From Planctomycetota bacterium (GTDB taxonomy: Bacteria > Planctomycetota > Planctomycetia > Pirellulales > S012-138): a DNA stretch of 39,086 nucleotides. Positions within the stretch are counted from its first letter, which is position 1, and each line of letters starts with the position of its first letter. Below the pieces are notes generated by a model. That model did no database searches, was not told the origin of the DNA, and was given only the letters and a program-made list of their open reading frames with translations. Shown in pieces: positions 24,332-33,119 of the stretch. The DNA lies in the NCBI GenBank assembly GCA_026982835.1, contig JALSGI010000891.1:1-39086 (forward strand). The letters run 5' to 3'. A program made the position numbers and the translations under genes.

Positions 24332-26718
24332 GGCAGCTGTGCCGTTTGTTGGAGTTTGATTTGCGTCGGGGGGACCCAGCGTTCCACGTGTTGATACAGC
24401 GTCACCAGGTCTTCTCCCACCCCTTGCACCTCTTCCCGCACCGCCGCGTATTCGCTCAACTGCCACAGCGGCAGCAAGGTCACGTCCTGGTGAAGCAGCC
24501 GGTGCAGCTCACGCAACCGCTGGCCCAGACTCCGCCAGTCCGAAGAACGGCTCATCCGGCGGATCGCCAGCCGGATATGAGCCGGAGTGTCGCGGACCAG
24601 TCCCTGATAGCCGAACAGCCGGTACACGTCCACCACCGGCTCCTGGATCACCAGCTCCACGTACCGCAGGTCGTAATCGCTGACCGGTTCCTGGGGGTCC
24701 ACTTCCCGCAGCGTGACTTTCATACCCAGCCGCTCCCAGTAGGCCTTGATCCGGCGGCAGGCGATCCGGGCAATCTCGCTGGGCGGGTGGACCAGCACCA
24801 GCTCCGGGGGGGGAGGCGGGGGAGGGCCTTCGGTCTGGTCATCTTCGCTGGAGTCCTCGCTGTTGGCCGGGGCCGCTGCGGCGGCGGAGCCTCCTTGGTC
24901 CGGCTTGGCCTTCTGGCGAAGCTGCAAGCTGCGTTGGGCCAGGGCGATCAGCACCAGCCCCAACTGGGGGTTGAACGCCCGCGGGGCGATGGCCCCATCG
25001 TAGGCGTAGCCGATCGGATCGCCCGAGCTGCGTGGAGCCGGCAGCGGCCCGCTGAGCACCCGTGACCCGTCCAGCTCGGTTCCCTGGTGCAGGTATTCCA
25101 GGATGGCCTGACGGTTCAGGGCATAGAGCAGTCCGCGGCGAAAGATGCGTTGCCGTAGCAGGGGTTTGTCGGGGTTGAACATCAGGCAGTGGACCGTGGG
25201 CCAGGCGTAGCGTCGCAGCCGCACGCCGGACTGCTCCACCGAGCTTTTCAACCACGGCGGCACGCGGTCCCAAAGGTCCACCTCCCCGTAGTGCAACGCA
25301 CTCAGGGCGTCCTGGGAGCGGGGATAGTGGTACTCGACGATCTCGCGCGGCTGGTTGCGTCCCGTGGCGAAATACTGCGGCACGGCCACAAAGTGCACCC
25401 GACCCTCCCGTTGCCGCTGGCGGCGATAAGGGCCGTTGGGGGGCGGGGCCAGGGGAGGGTAAAGTTGGTCCCAGCCGTACAGCGGCTGGTTGAGCAAGGC
25501 CAGAGGGTGCAACGGGGGGCGGCGAAAGACGACCTCGACGGTGCGGGCGTCGGCGGCGTGGATTCTTTCCACCGCCACCGCCCAGGAAGGTTGATAGAAC
25601 GGGTGGCGCGAGTCGGCCATGGCCGAGAGCGTGGCTGCCACGTCGGCCGCCACCAGGGGACGCCCGCCTTGGCTCCATTTCAGCCCCGGCTTCAATTCCA
25701 GCCGCAGCCGGGCTCCCAGGTCGGCCATCTCCACCGTGCCCCAGGGGCAAACGTACTCTCCCCCCGAGGGACCCGGCCCGGCCAACTCCACCAGACGGCG
25801 ATAGTGCAACCGCCCCACCCGCAACGCGGCCCAATCGTCCAGCCGCGGCATGGTGGATTGGGCCAGGCGGTTCACCGCCACCCGCACCAGGGGGACCCGC
25901 CGCTGGGCCTGCTGCAGTAGCTGGAGGGCCTCGGGCACGGGCCAGATGCGAGCGGCCCGTTGGGCCAGCTCCCGGGCGGCGAACAGCTCTTGCCGGTCCC
26001 AGCGGGCTTGGGCCTGCTGGACCAGTTTGCGGGCTTCCGTTTCCAGGGACTTGCGCACCTGCTGGGCGGCCGGATGCTGCGGATAGCGCCGCAGCAGCTC
26101 TTGCAACAACTGGCGCACCGAGTCGTAGTCTTTCCGGGCCAGATACTGCTGGGCCTTGGCCACCACCAGCCGGCCCAACGCTTCCCGCAGCCCCGGGTAC
26201 TTGCCGTTTTGCTCTTGCAAGTGCAACAGCAACACCAGGGCACGATCCGCCTGGCCCTGCTGGAGGCGGTGCTGGGCCTCGTACCACAAGAAGCGCTGGA
26301 AGGCGGCCGCGTAGCCTTTGAGCTTGGGATAGAACCGCCGGATGTGGATCAGGTAGTCGTAGGCTTCCTCGAACCGTTTCTGGTCCACCAGCTGGTTGAC
26401 TCGATCCAGCAGCAACTGCGGAAAACGCCGAATCTGCTTGATCTCCCGCCACCGCACGCGGTACTTCTCCCCCGGGCGATCCAGCAACTCGACGGTGATC
26501 CGCGTGGTGCTGCGGGGATTCTGAGGCAGGTTTTTCAAAGGCTTGACCCGCAGCGTGGTCCCGTCCACCAGGGTGATCTCGTCGAAGGGGTCCTGCTCGT
26601 ACAAGCGTCCCTGCTGGGCCCAAGCCAGGCCGCCGTATCCTGCCCCCAGCACCAACAGCCAGAGGGTGCATCGGGCCAGGGCAAACCCGCTTGTCCGGCA
26701 GTGCCATCGGGGGGCCAT
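24328..26718 (-). CDS. TPR-like N-terminal domain fused to an ABC-type family-5 solute-binding-protein-like domain
   Basis: Signal/TM segment LWLLVLGAGYGGLAWAQQ. TPR-like helices (FEEAYDYLIHIRRFYP..., ARKDYDSVRQLLQELLRRYPQHP). An SBP_bac_5-like core (LRLELKPGLKWSQGGRPLVAADVAATL..., HFVAVPQYF, LRRYAWPTVHCLMFNPDKPLL...RRGLLYALNR). An acidic/Pro-rich insert (SEDSSEDDQTEGPPPPPPP). Confidence 0.7.
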   Translation of the reverse strand: MAPRWHCRTSGFALARCTLWLLVLGAGYGGLAWAQQGRLYEQDPFDEITLVDGTTLRVKPLKNLPQNPRSTTRITVELLDRPGEKYRVRWREIKQIRRFPQLLLDRVNQLVDQKRFEEAYDYLIHIRRFYPKLKGYAAAFQRFLWYEAQHRLQQGQADRALVLLLHLQEQNGKYPGLREALGRLVVAKAQQYLARKDYDSVRQLLQELLRRYPQHPAAQQVRKSLETEARKLVQQAQARWDRQELFAARELAQRAARIWPVPEALQLLQQAQRRVPLVRVAVNRLAQSTMPRLDDWAALRVGRLHYRRLVELAGPGPSGGEYVCPWGTVEMADLGARLRLELKPGLKWSQGGRPLVAADVAATLSAMADSRHPFYQPSWAVAVERIHAADARTVEVVFRRPPLHPLALLNQPLYGWDQLYPPLAPPPNGPYRRQRQREGRVHFVAVPQYFATGRNQPREIVEYHYPRSQDALSALHYGEVDLWDRVPPWLKSSVEQSGVRLRRYAWPTVHCLMFNPDKPLLRQRIFRRGLLYALNRQAILEYLHQGTELDGSRVLSGPLPAPRSSGDPIGYAYDGAIAPRAFNPQLGLVLIALAQRSLQLRQKAKPDQGGSAAAAAPANSEDSSEDDQTEGPPPPPPPELVLVHPPSEIARIACRRIKAYWERLGMKVTLREVDPQEPVSDYDLRYVELVIQEPVVDVYRLFGYQGLVRDTPAHIRLAIRRMSRSSDWRSLGQRLRELHRLLHQDVTLLPLWQLSEYAAVREEVQGVGEDLVTLYQHVERWVPPTQIKLQQTAQLP

Positions 26719-26731
26719 GTGTCGTTCTCGC

Positions 26732-29700
26732 CTATCGTCGGGAAGTTCGGGTCGCTGGGGCTTCCGCTTTTTCGGTTTTACGGGGCTCCAGCATGTGGAA
26801 AGCCCCGCCGGGAGTGGGGATCAGCAGGCGGTTGTCCTTCAGCAGCAAGGGGGAGCCGGCCAGGGCTTCCGCAGTGCGGTAAGTGTGGCGCAGCGCACCG
26901 GTGTCCAGCTCCAGCTGTAGCACCTTGCCGGAGGCGATCGCCAGCAGACACTCCCGCCGGTTCAGTCGCACCGGCTCTCCCACGGGGAGCTGTCCGGAGA
27001 GTTCCCGTTGCCAAAGCAGTCGCTCCTGGCTCAGGCAAAGGAGTTTGCCATCCCGGGTCAGGCACAGCACCCGGTCCGCACCGCAAAACACCGGCCCCCA
27101 GACGGGGCGCCCCGGGTCGGGGGCAGCCTGGTTTTTTTTCTTCTCCGGGGCCTTTTGCACCGCAAGCTTCAGCTCCGGCAGCGAGACGCGAACCAGGCGG
27201 CCTTGGGCGTCCCAGAGCCAGGCGGCGCGGTGGAACAGCACCACCGGGCCGTGCAAGGGGCCGGGAGCCTTGGCTTGGCGAAGGGGAAGGAGGGCTTCGT
27301 TGGGACCGGGCAGCTTGTCGAACAGCAGCAGCCGTCCGTCCCCGGCGGCCAGCAGGAGCGATCTTCCGTCCGTGGCTCCCACTTCCAGCCAAGGAGGCGG
27401 ATGCCCCGGCACCGTGGGAGGAAAATACGGCGAACCGACCATGCGGCCCTGGACCGCGTCCATTACGAACAGCGGGCCGGAACGGCTGGCCAGCAGCAGC
27501 TTCCCCTGCCAGGGCACGGGAGGGATGAGCAGGGCCTGGGGAAGCTCGTGCCAGAGCAGCTTCCACGGGGGGGACTGCCCTCGCCGCAGGATCGGCAGCC
27601 GCCGGGCGCCTCCCGGCACGCGCCCGGCCCAAACCCCCAAACCCAGCGGCAGCCACACCCGCGGCAAGGCCCCGGCCAGCTGCCGGCCATTTTCCGGCGA
27701 CCAGACAGGTGAGACCACCACGGTCCCCTCGCTTGAAGGCCAGCGAGGCTGATACACGTTGCCCCGAGGGTCCACCACACCGGGCAAGCCTGCTGGATCC
27801 TGGCCTCCTCGCAGCGGGGTCCAGCTCATGGGCATGGCGAAGCGGGTGGTCCATATCTCCAGACCGCTGGTGGCATGGAAGGCAGCCACGCGCACCGTCC
27901 CGTCCTCCTCCTGGGCCACGGCGAACAGTGCCTCGCCCAACTTGTGCAAGGGGAGAGGGAACGAGACATTTTCCAGCAACACGCGGTCGGGATTCATTTG
28001 TCCTTGGGCCGCCTGGATGCGATAGCGAGTCAGCCGGCGGTCGGCCACCCAGGCGCGGGTCCCCTCCAGCAGAATCTGCACCGGTCCCGGCTCCTCGTAC
28101 ACCGCCGCCCGCGAGGCGACCGAGCTGAGCGGTTCCTTTTTCTTCTGGGGTTGCGGGTTGACTTCAAACAGCACGATCTGGCCCAGGTCCGTGGCCACGG
28201 CCAGCATCCGTCCGCGAAGCACCGGGGGCCGGAACACCTGTCCCTGAAGTCGCACGCTTTGCACCAGCTGCATGGTGTGTTTCTTGGCATCGAAGCGAAG
28301 CACCCGCAGCCGCGAAGAGCGCTGGCCGGTGTTCTCGGCCAGGATGACAAACGGCCCGGCCACGATCCCCGGGGTCACGATCGTATTCTGCTCGTGGCCC
28401 AGGTAATACGCCCCCACGCACTGCCGCTTCTCCAGGTCCAGTACATAGACGTTGGAATGGCCTGCCGGAAGGAACATCAGCGAGCCGGCCAGCGCCGCAG
28501 GGGCCGACAGCGCCTGGGGAAACTCGTACCGCCCCAGCACCTGCCCGTCCTCGGCCTGAATCTCCCACAGCTGATCGGCCAGGGGGACGTAGAGTCTTCC
28601 TTGGGCCAGCACCAGGTCGGCCACCGGCTCTTGGGGCAGCGGCAGGTGCCACCGCAGCGAGCCGTCTTTTCCCTGCAACCGCCACAGTTGCCGGTGTTGG
28701 GGGCTCCAGGCCACCACGTCCGGCGGCGCCTGGTCGGAGAGGACCACCGGCGAAAGCCACAGGTCCTTGCCCAGGTACTGCCGCCAGCGCAGCTTGCCGT
28801 CCTCGGCCGAAACGGCCCACAACGCCCCCGCGGCGGTTACAAATAACAGGTGATTTTTTGCTTCCGGGATGGTCTTTCCCTGGGTGTGAGCCACGGGGAG
28901 GGTGCGGGAGCCGAGTTTTGGGGCCGGGGCCGCCGCTGGCTTATCCACCGGCTGGTAGCGGATGGCGCGGCGTTCGGCGCCGGTGGCTTGGGCGATGGCC
29001 TCCTGGAGTTGGGGATTGGTTTCCAGCTCGGGATATTCTTTGAGCAGCTGGCGGCGGATCTGATAGGCTTGCTGGGTTTGCTTCTGATCGATGGCCAGGC
29101 GGATCTGCTGCAGGGCCTCGCTAAGCCGCCGGTTGCGGCCCAGCATCCGCTCGATCTGCAAGAAGCGCCCTTCCAGCGTGGCCAACCGGGTGCGATTGCG
29201 AAGCTTGTCCGGCACGTAGTTGGGATTGAGGATCATCTGGTACACCCGGCGTGCTTTTTCCAGCAGTTGGGGGCTTTGCTGGCTTTCGGCCATGTCGGTC
29301 AGCCCTTCGGCCACGCGGGGGAGCATTGCGGCCAGCTCGGGGCGCGCCTCGGGGAATTCCTTCTCCTTGCGTATTTCCTTGACGGCCTGCTCAATGATCT
29401 GAAGGGTTTTCTCCCAGTCCGAGCCCTGGTCCACCGCCCGACGCATGATGGCCAGGCCCCGCAGCACGCGCACGTGGCCTGCCCGCGTGTGGTCGGGAAA
29501 ATAGTCCAGGAACCGCTCGAACTTCTCGATGGCCAGGGTGTAGGAGCCGTTGTTGTAGTCCTCTTCGGCCGACTGCAGGAGCTGGTCGGCCGATTCCCGG
29601 CCAATGGCCCAATAAAGACCTGCGGCGATTACCACCAGCAGGATCAACCCCCCTCCGCCCAGCAGGAACAGGGGGGATTCCCAGACGCTTCGCCGGACTC

Positions 29701-30148
29701 GGGCCGCTCCCCAGGCCGGGGCGGGCACTCCCGGCGCGGCGGCCGCTGGGCCTAGCTCGGCCGGCCCGGCCGCATCCAGAGCCTCCAGATCATCCAGCAG
29801 GGCCGGGCCCCCGCCCGATGCAGGAGCCGCAGGAGGCGACGGAAACGCCGATTCGGCTCTGCCGGGGGCGGGGTTGGCCTCGGGAAGGGAAGAGGGGGGC
29901 GTGTGCCCTTTGGCCGCAGGAGGCGTTTTCGGCCGGGGTTCTTCGGCGGTTTCCACCGCCTTGAGTAGTTCCTGGGCCTGGAAGCGGGTCAGGTGGCCGT
30001 GATCCACCAGCCACCCGGCCACGGAACGGGCCGAAGGAGGGGGTTGCCGGCTACGGAGCTGTTTCCGCAGGTGGCGCACCAGCTTCTCCGGCACCGTGCC
30101 GCGTTGCTGCAGCAGGTTCAGGAAAGTTTCCCACTGGGGAGTGCTCAT
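26732..30148 (-). CDS. Large bitopic protein: cytoplasmic N-terminal domain, Pro-rich linker, one TM helix, TPR-like region, PQQ/BamB-like beta-propeller repeats
   Basis: TM segment SPLFLLGGGGLILLVVIAAGLYWAIG. TPR-like YNNGSYTLAIEKFERFLDYFPDH. More than ten repeats of the type LWAVSAEDGKLRWR, LWRLQGKDGSLRWH, LWEIQAEDGQVLGRY, LLCLSQERLLWQREL and VLQLELDTGALRHTY, characteristic of PQQ-like propellers. Confidence 0.7.
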   Translation of the reverse strand: MSTPQWETFLNLLQQRGTVPEKLVRHLRKQLRSRQPPPSARSVAGWLVDHGHLTRFQAQELLKAVETAEEPRPKTPPAAKGHTPPSSLPEANPAPGRAESAFPSPPAAPASGGGPALLDDLEALDAAGPAELGPAAAAPGVPAPAWGAARVRRSVWESPLFLLGGGGLILLVVIAAGLYWAIGRESADQLLQSAEEDYNNGSYTLAIEKFERFLDYFPDHTRAGHVRVLRGLAIMRRAVDQGSDWEKTLQIIEQAVKEIRKEKEFPEARPELAAMLPRVAEGLTDMAESQQSPQLLEKARRVYQMILNPNYVPDKLRNRTRLATLEGRFLQIERMLGRNRRLSEALQQIRLAIDQKQTQQAYQIRRQLLKEYPELETNPQLQEAIAQATGAERRAIRYQPVDKPAAAPAPKLGSRTLPVAHTQGKTIPEAKNHLLFVTAAGALWAVSAEDGKLRWRQYLGKDLWLSPVVLSDQAPPDVVAWSPQHRQLWRLQGKDGSLRWHLPLPQEPVADLVLAQGRLYVPLADQLWEIQAEDGQVLGRYEFPQALSAPAALAGSLMFLPAGHSNVYVLDLEKRQCVGAYYLGHEQNTIVTPGIVAGPFVILAENTGQRSSRLRVLRFDAKKHTMQLVQSVRLQGQVFRPPVLRGRMLAVATDLGQIVLFEVNPQPQKKKEPLSSVASRAAVYEEPGPVQILLEGTRAWVADRRLTRYRIQAAQGQMNPDRVLLENVSFPLPLHKLGEALFAVAQEEDGTVRVAAFHATSGLEIWTTRFAMPMSWTPLRGGQDPAGLPGVVDPRGNVYQPRWPSSEGTVVVSPVWSPENGRQLAGALPRVWLPLGLGVWAGRVPGGARRLPILRRGQSPPWKLLWHELPQALLIPPVPWQGKLLLASRSGPLFVMDAVQGRMVGSPYFPPTVPGHPPPWLEVGATDGRSLLLAAGDGRLLLFDKLPGPNEALLPLRQAKAPGPLHGPVVLFHRAAWLWDAQGRLVRVSLPELKLAVQKAPEKKKNQAAPDPGRPVWGPVFCGADRVLCLTRDGKLLCLSQERLLWQRELSGQLPVGEPVRLNRRECLLAIASGKVLQLELDTGALRHTYRTAEALAGSPLLLKDNRLLIPTPGGAFHMLEPRKTEKAEAPATRTSRR

Positions 30149-30195
30149 GGATCGTCTCGCATCCGAGGCGGATAAGGGGACGGCCGGGGGCCGGG

Positions 30196-30849
30196 TCAGA
30201 ACTCCTCTTCGTCGGGGGCCTTGCGAATGTCCTCAAAGCCGGCGGCCCGGGCCGCGTCGAACACCATCACCACCGTATCATGCCGGGCTTTCTCGTGGAA
30301 AGTGACCAGCACCCGGCTGGGACCCCCGCCGCCGCTGCGCCGCTGCCGCAGCAGCGAGAGCAGCTCCTGGCGGGTGGGGGCCTCGTGGTCTTCCACCCAC
30401 ACCACACTCGTTTCGTCCACGCGGATGATGATGTAATCGTCGTCCTCTTCCAGCTCTTCCAGGCTGCGGCTTTGGGCCGCCTGTTGGGTCGGGTCCGGCG
30501 AGGGCGTCTCCAGGGCCTTCTGCTTGGCGAAGGAAGCCGTGAGCATGAAAAAGATCAGCAGCAAGAAGGTCACGTCCACCATGGGGGTCATGTCCATCTC
30601 CTCCTCGCGGCGGCGGCCAGAGGTGGAGAAGCGAACCGGCGGCAGCGTTTCCTCTTTTTTTTGCGGCTCCTCCCGCAAAGAGTCGGCCTGGTCCAGCAAC
30701 TGGCCCTCGCTGGGCATGTCGATCTGGTTCTGCCAGCGGGGAATGATGCCGATCCGCCCGCAGCCGGTGCACTGGAACCGCTTGCCCACCTGCTGCGGAT
30801 CGGCCTTGAGTTTCTTCCCACACTGGGGACATCGAAAGCGAACGGCCAT
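30196..30849 (-). CDS. ExbD/TolR family protein with N-terminal CxxC...CxxC zinc-ribbon extension
   Basis: The N-terminus RFRCPQCGKKLKADPQQVGKRFQCTGCG has four Cys in zinc-ribbon spacing. The ExbD core DMTPMVDVTFLLLIFFMLTASF follows, with a periplasmic alpha/beta domain. Confidence 0.8.
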   Translation of the reverse strand: MAVRFRCPQCGKKLKADPQQVGKRFQCTGCGRIGIIPRWQNQIDMPSEGQLLDQADSLREEPQKKEETLPPVRFSTSGRRREEEMDMTPMVDVTFLLLIFFMLTASFAKQKALETPSPDPTQQAAQSRSLEELEEDDDYIIIRVDETSVVWVEDHEAPTRQELLSLLRQRRSGGGGPSRVLVTFHEKARHDTVVMVFDAARAAGFEDIRKAPDEEEF

Positions 30850-30883
30850 CGCCTTACGTCCTGGAAGTTGGTTTGCGGGGAAA

Positions 30884-31378
30884 TCAATCCTCGTTCATCA
30901 CGGCGATGTGCAGCGTGCTGTAACCGGCCTCCCCGGCCAGTTGCTCGATGCGATTGACGTCTCCTTCGCTCACTGCGCCTTCGGCCTTGATCAACACGGT
31001 GGTCTTTTTTCCATCAACCAGCTGTTGTTCCAGGTACTCCAGCACCTGCTGCCGCACCTCCCGCCAGGGACCGCTGACCCGGTTCTCTTCCAGCTTGCCG
31101 TTGCCCAGATAGACGGCCGCCAACTCCCCCGGCTGGTGGCCCAGGGTGATGATGGCCGCCGTGTCCGGGTCCACTCCGTCGCCGAAGCGGGCCTTGGGGA
31201 GCCGGATGGCCCGCTGCGGGTCCATGGCCGAAGCCACCAGGAAAAAGATCAACAGCAGGAAGGTAATGTCGATCATGGGGGTGATGTCCATTTCGGTGGT
31301 TTCTTCCATGGAGCGACGGGGTAGCAGGGGTCCGTCCAGCTCCACGTCTTCCGGCAAGGGAGCGTTTGCGGGTGCCAT
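30884..31378 (-). CDS. ExbD/TolR family biopolymer transport protein
   Basis: ATG 31378 with GAGGA 8 nt upstream. EMDITPMIDITFLLLIFFLVAS motif and a periplasmic domain ending VLIKAEG......V..I... Confidence 0.85.
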   Translation of the reverse strand: MAPANAPLPEDVELDGPLLPRRSMEETTEMDITPMIDITFLLLIFFLVASAMDPQRAIRLPKARFGDGVDPDTAAIITLGHQPGELAAVYLGNGKLEENRVSGPWREVRQQVLEYLEQQLVDGKKTTVLIKAEGAVSEGDVNRIEQLAGEAGYSTLHIAVMNED

Positions 31379-31465
31379 GGTGCGATTCCTCGTATGCTCT
31401 TGCATCACGGCGGGGAGTGGACCGCCAGGAAAAAGGCCAGGGCCACCCAGCCGGGAAAAAGCCTC

Positions 31466-32167
31466 TTACCGCCCTTGGGGTAATACGGCCCGCAGGCTGT
31501 CCAGGAACCGGGTCAGGCCCAAAGCCACCAGGTCTTCCATTTTGCGAATGCGGACGTTGATACTGGCCAGCGACAACACCAGCGGAATGGCGATGGCCAG
31601 TCCCAGGGCCGTGGTGATCAGGGCGATGCTGATGTCGTCGGCCAGGTCCTTGGGGTCCGGCTGCTGGGTGGCCAGTTTGCCGAAGGCCCCCATCATGCCC
31701 ATCACCGTCCCCAGCAGCCCCACCATGGGGGCCGCCTTGATCACCGTCTGCACCCAGCTGAGGCGGTATTCCAGGTCGGAGAGCACGTCGCGCTGGAACC
31801 GTTCGGCCACGAAGTGTCGCAGCTGGGCCGGGCCCATGGCCCGATTGAGAATGGCCAGCCGGGCCAACTGGGGCATGGCTCGCGGGTCCTCCTCGCACAG
31901 CCGAGCTGCCCCCTCGAAGTCCCCCTGGCTGAGCAGTTGTTCCACCTGGGAGAGGAACTCCGATTGGGCATTTTCGTCCCGGAATCGCAATGTTCCCACC
32001 CGGCGCCACACCATGGTGACGCAAAACAGCCCCCACAACGCGATCAAAGCCAGAACCACGTAGATGATGTTCCCGATGACATTGGTCAGCTGAGTGATGT
32101 CGATCATGGTTGCTGTCGCTCCATAAGATGCGATCCGATGGAAAAAAAGGAATATCCCGACAAACAT
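31466..32167 (-). CDS. MotA/TolQ/ExbB family proton channel protein
   Basis: C-terminal signature APMVGLLGTVMGMMGAFG...ISIALITTALGLAIAIPL. ATG at 32167 overlaps the upstream TGA by 1 nt (TGATG). ATG 32107 is an alternative start. Confidence 0.85.
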   Translation of the reverse strand: MFVGIFLFFHRIASYGATATMIDITQLTNVIGNIIYVVLALIALWGLFCVTMVWRRVGTLRFRDENAQSEFLSQVEQLLSQGDFEGAARLCEEDPRAMPQLARLAILNRAMGPAQLRHFVAERFQRDVLSDLEYRLSWVQTVIKAAPMVGLLGTVMGMMGAFGKLATQQPDPKDLADDISIALITTALGLAIAIPLVLSLASINVRIRKMEDLVALGLTRFLDSLRAVLPQGR

Positions 32168-33066
32168 CAGATCCCTAACAACTCCTGGTCCACGACCACG
32201 AACCGGTAGCCGGAGCCGCTTCGCTGGACCTTGAAGTAGGTGCGGCGAATTTGCTTGGGCTGATGCCCCCGGAAAGCCACTTCAAGTTGGGCCAGCTGCG
32301 CTTCGACCTCCGGGGGATAGAACTGGAGGATGATCTTCCCCTGGGGATTGATCCCCGCTTTGCGCAGCAGCTGCAGGTCGAACTTTTTCAGGGAACCTTC
32401 GGTCCAGGACATGTAGAGCCGGTTCTCTTGGGCGTTGCGTCCGGCGGTGCGGCGTCGGGGGCGCGCCTGCGACAACGCCGAGGCGTATTCCACCCCGTTC
32501 TCCCCTACGGCGGCCAGCTCGATTTTGAAGAAGTCCAACTGCCGGGCGTACTCTTCCAGCGAGCTGGCCTCGTAGTGAATGATCCATCGCTTGTACCGGG
32601 GCACCCCGCCGACCGAGCCGCCTCCTTCGCCCAGGGCGGGATTGTCGCCGGTCCCTTCGCTTTTGCCCGCCTTCCCCGATTCCGGATCATCGCTTAGCTG
32701 GGGATCGTCCAGTTCGGCCAGGTGGGCGGCCACCACGGTTTCCACCAGGGCCAGGGTTTGCTCGATCTGAGGTTCTTCCAGCTCGGCTTCCCGGGAGATT
32801 TCCTCCGCGTCCGGGGCGTCCAGTTGCAGGCTGTCCCCCAGCACGCCTTCCGGGCTACCGCCCAGGTTCTCCGCCTGAATGGGGACGGCCACCAGCGGGG
32901 GCGAAAGCCGGTTGGTGAGCCAGATCACAAACAAGCAAAACACCGTCACTCCCACGAAGATCAACAACGCCACCAGCCAACTGGCAACCCGGTCGTAAAG
33001 GGAAACGTGCAACGGGGGGGCATCGTTGACCGAAGGGGATCGCGGATTGGAGGAGGAAGCAGACAT
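32167..33066 (-). CDS. Hypothetical bitopic membrane protein in the TonB/TolA gene position: N-terminal TM, acidic linker, ~130-aa C-terminal domain
   Basis: ATG 33066 preceded by GAGGAA. TM segment WLVALLIFVGVTVFCLFVIWL and an acidic linker (DAPDAEEISREAELEEPQIEQ). The C-terminal domain RWIIHYEASSLEEYARQLDFFKIELAAV... has no TonB-C motif that I can recognise. Confidence 0.6.
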   Translation of the reverse strand: MSASSSNPRSPSVNDAPPLHVSLYDRVASWLVALLIFVGVTVFCLFVIWLTNRLSPPLVAVPIQAENLGGSPEGVLGDSLQLDAPDAEEISREAELEEPQIEQTLALVETVVAAHLAELDDPQLSDDPESGKAGKSEGTGDNPALGEGGGSVGGVPRYKRWIIHYEASSLEEYARQLDFFKIELAAVGENGVEYASALSQARPRRRTAGRNAQENRLYMSWTEGSLKKFDLQLLRKAGINPQGKIILQFYPPEVEAQLAQLEVAFRGHQPKQIRRTYFKVQRSGSGYRFVVVDQELLGI

Positions 33067-33119
33067 GGATTCCTCATCTGAAGTTGCAAGCGGAAGCAAC
33101 ATCGCCGGGGCCGCCGCGT

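Noticed and set aside
24839-27854. ORFs 24839..26707(-), 25960..27528(+) and 26778..27854(-)
   Set aside because: These are shadow ORFs overlapping the SBP5-like and propeller genes, with no motifs and biased composition.
30196-32167. Reading the ExbB-ExbD-ExbD genes as an ordinary TonB uptake system
   Set aside because: No TonB-like Pro-rich protein with a TonB C-terminal motif and no TonB-dependent receptor is present in the operon or the window. I kept this only as an alternative hypothesis.
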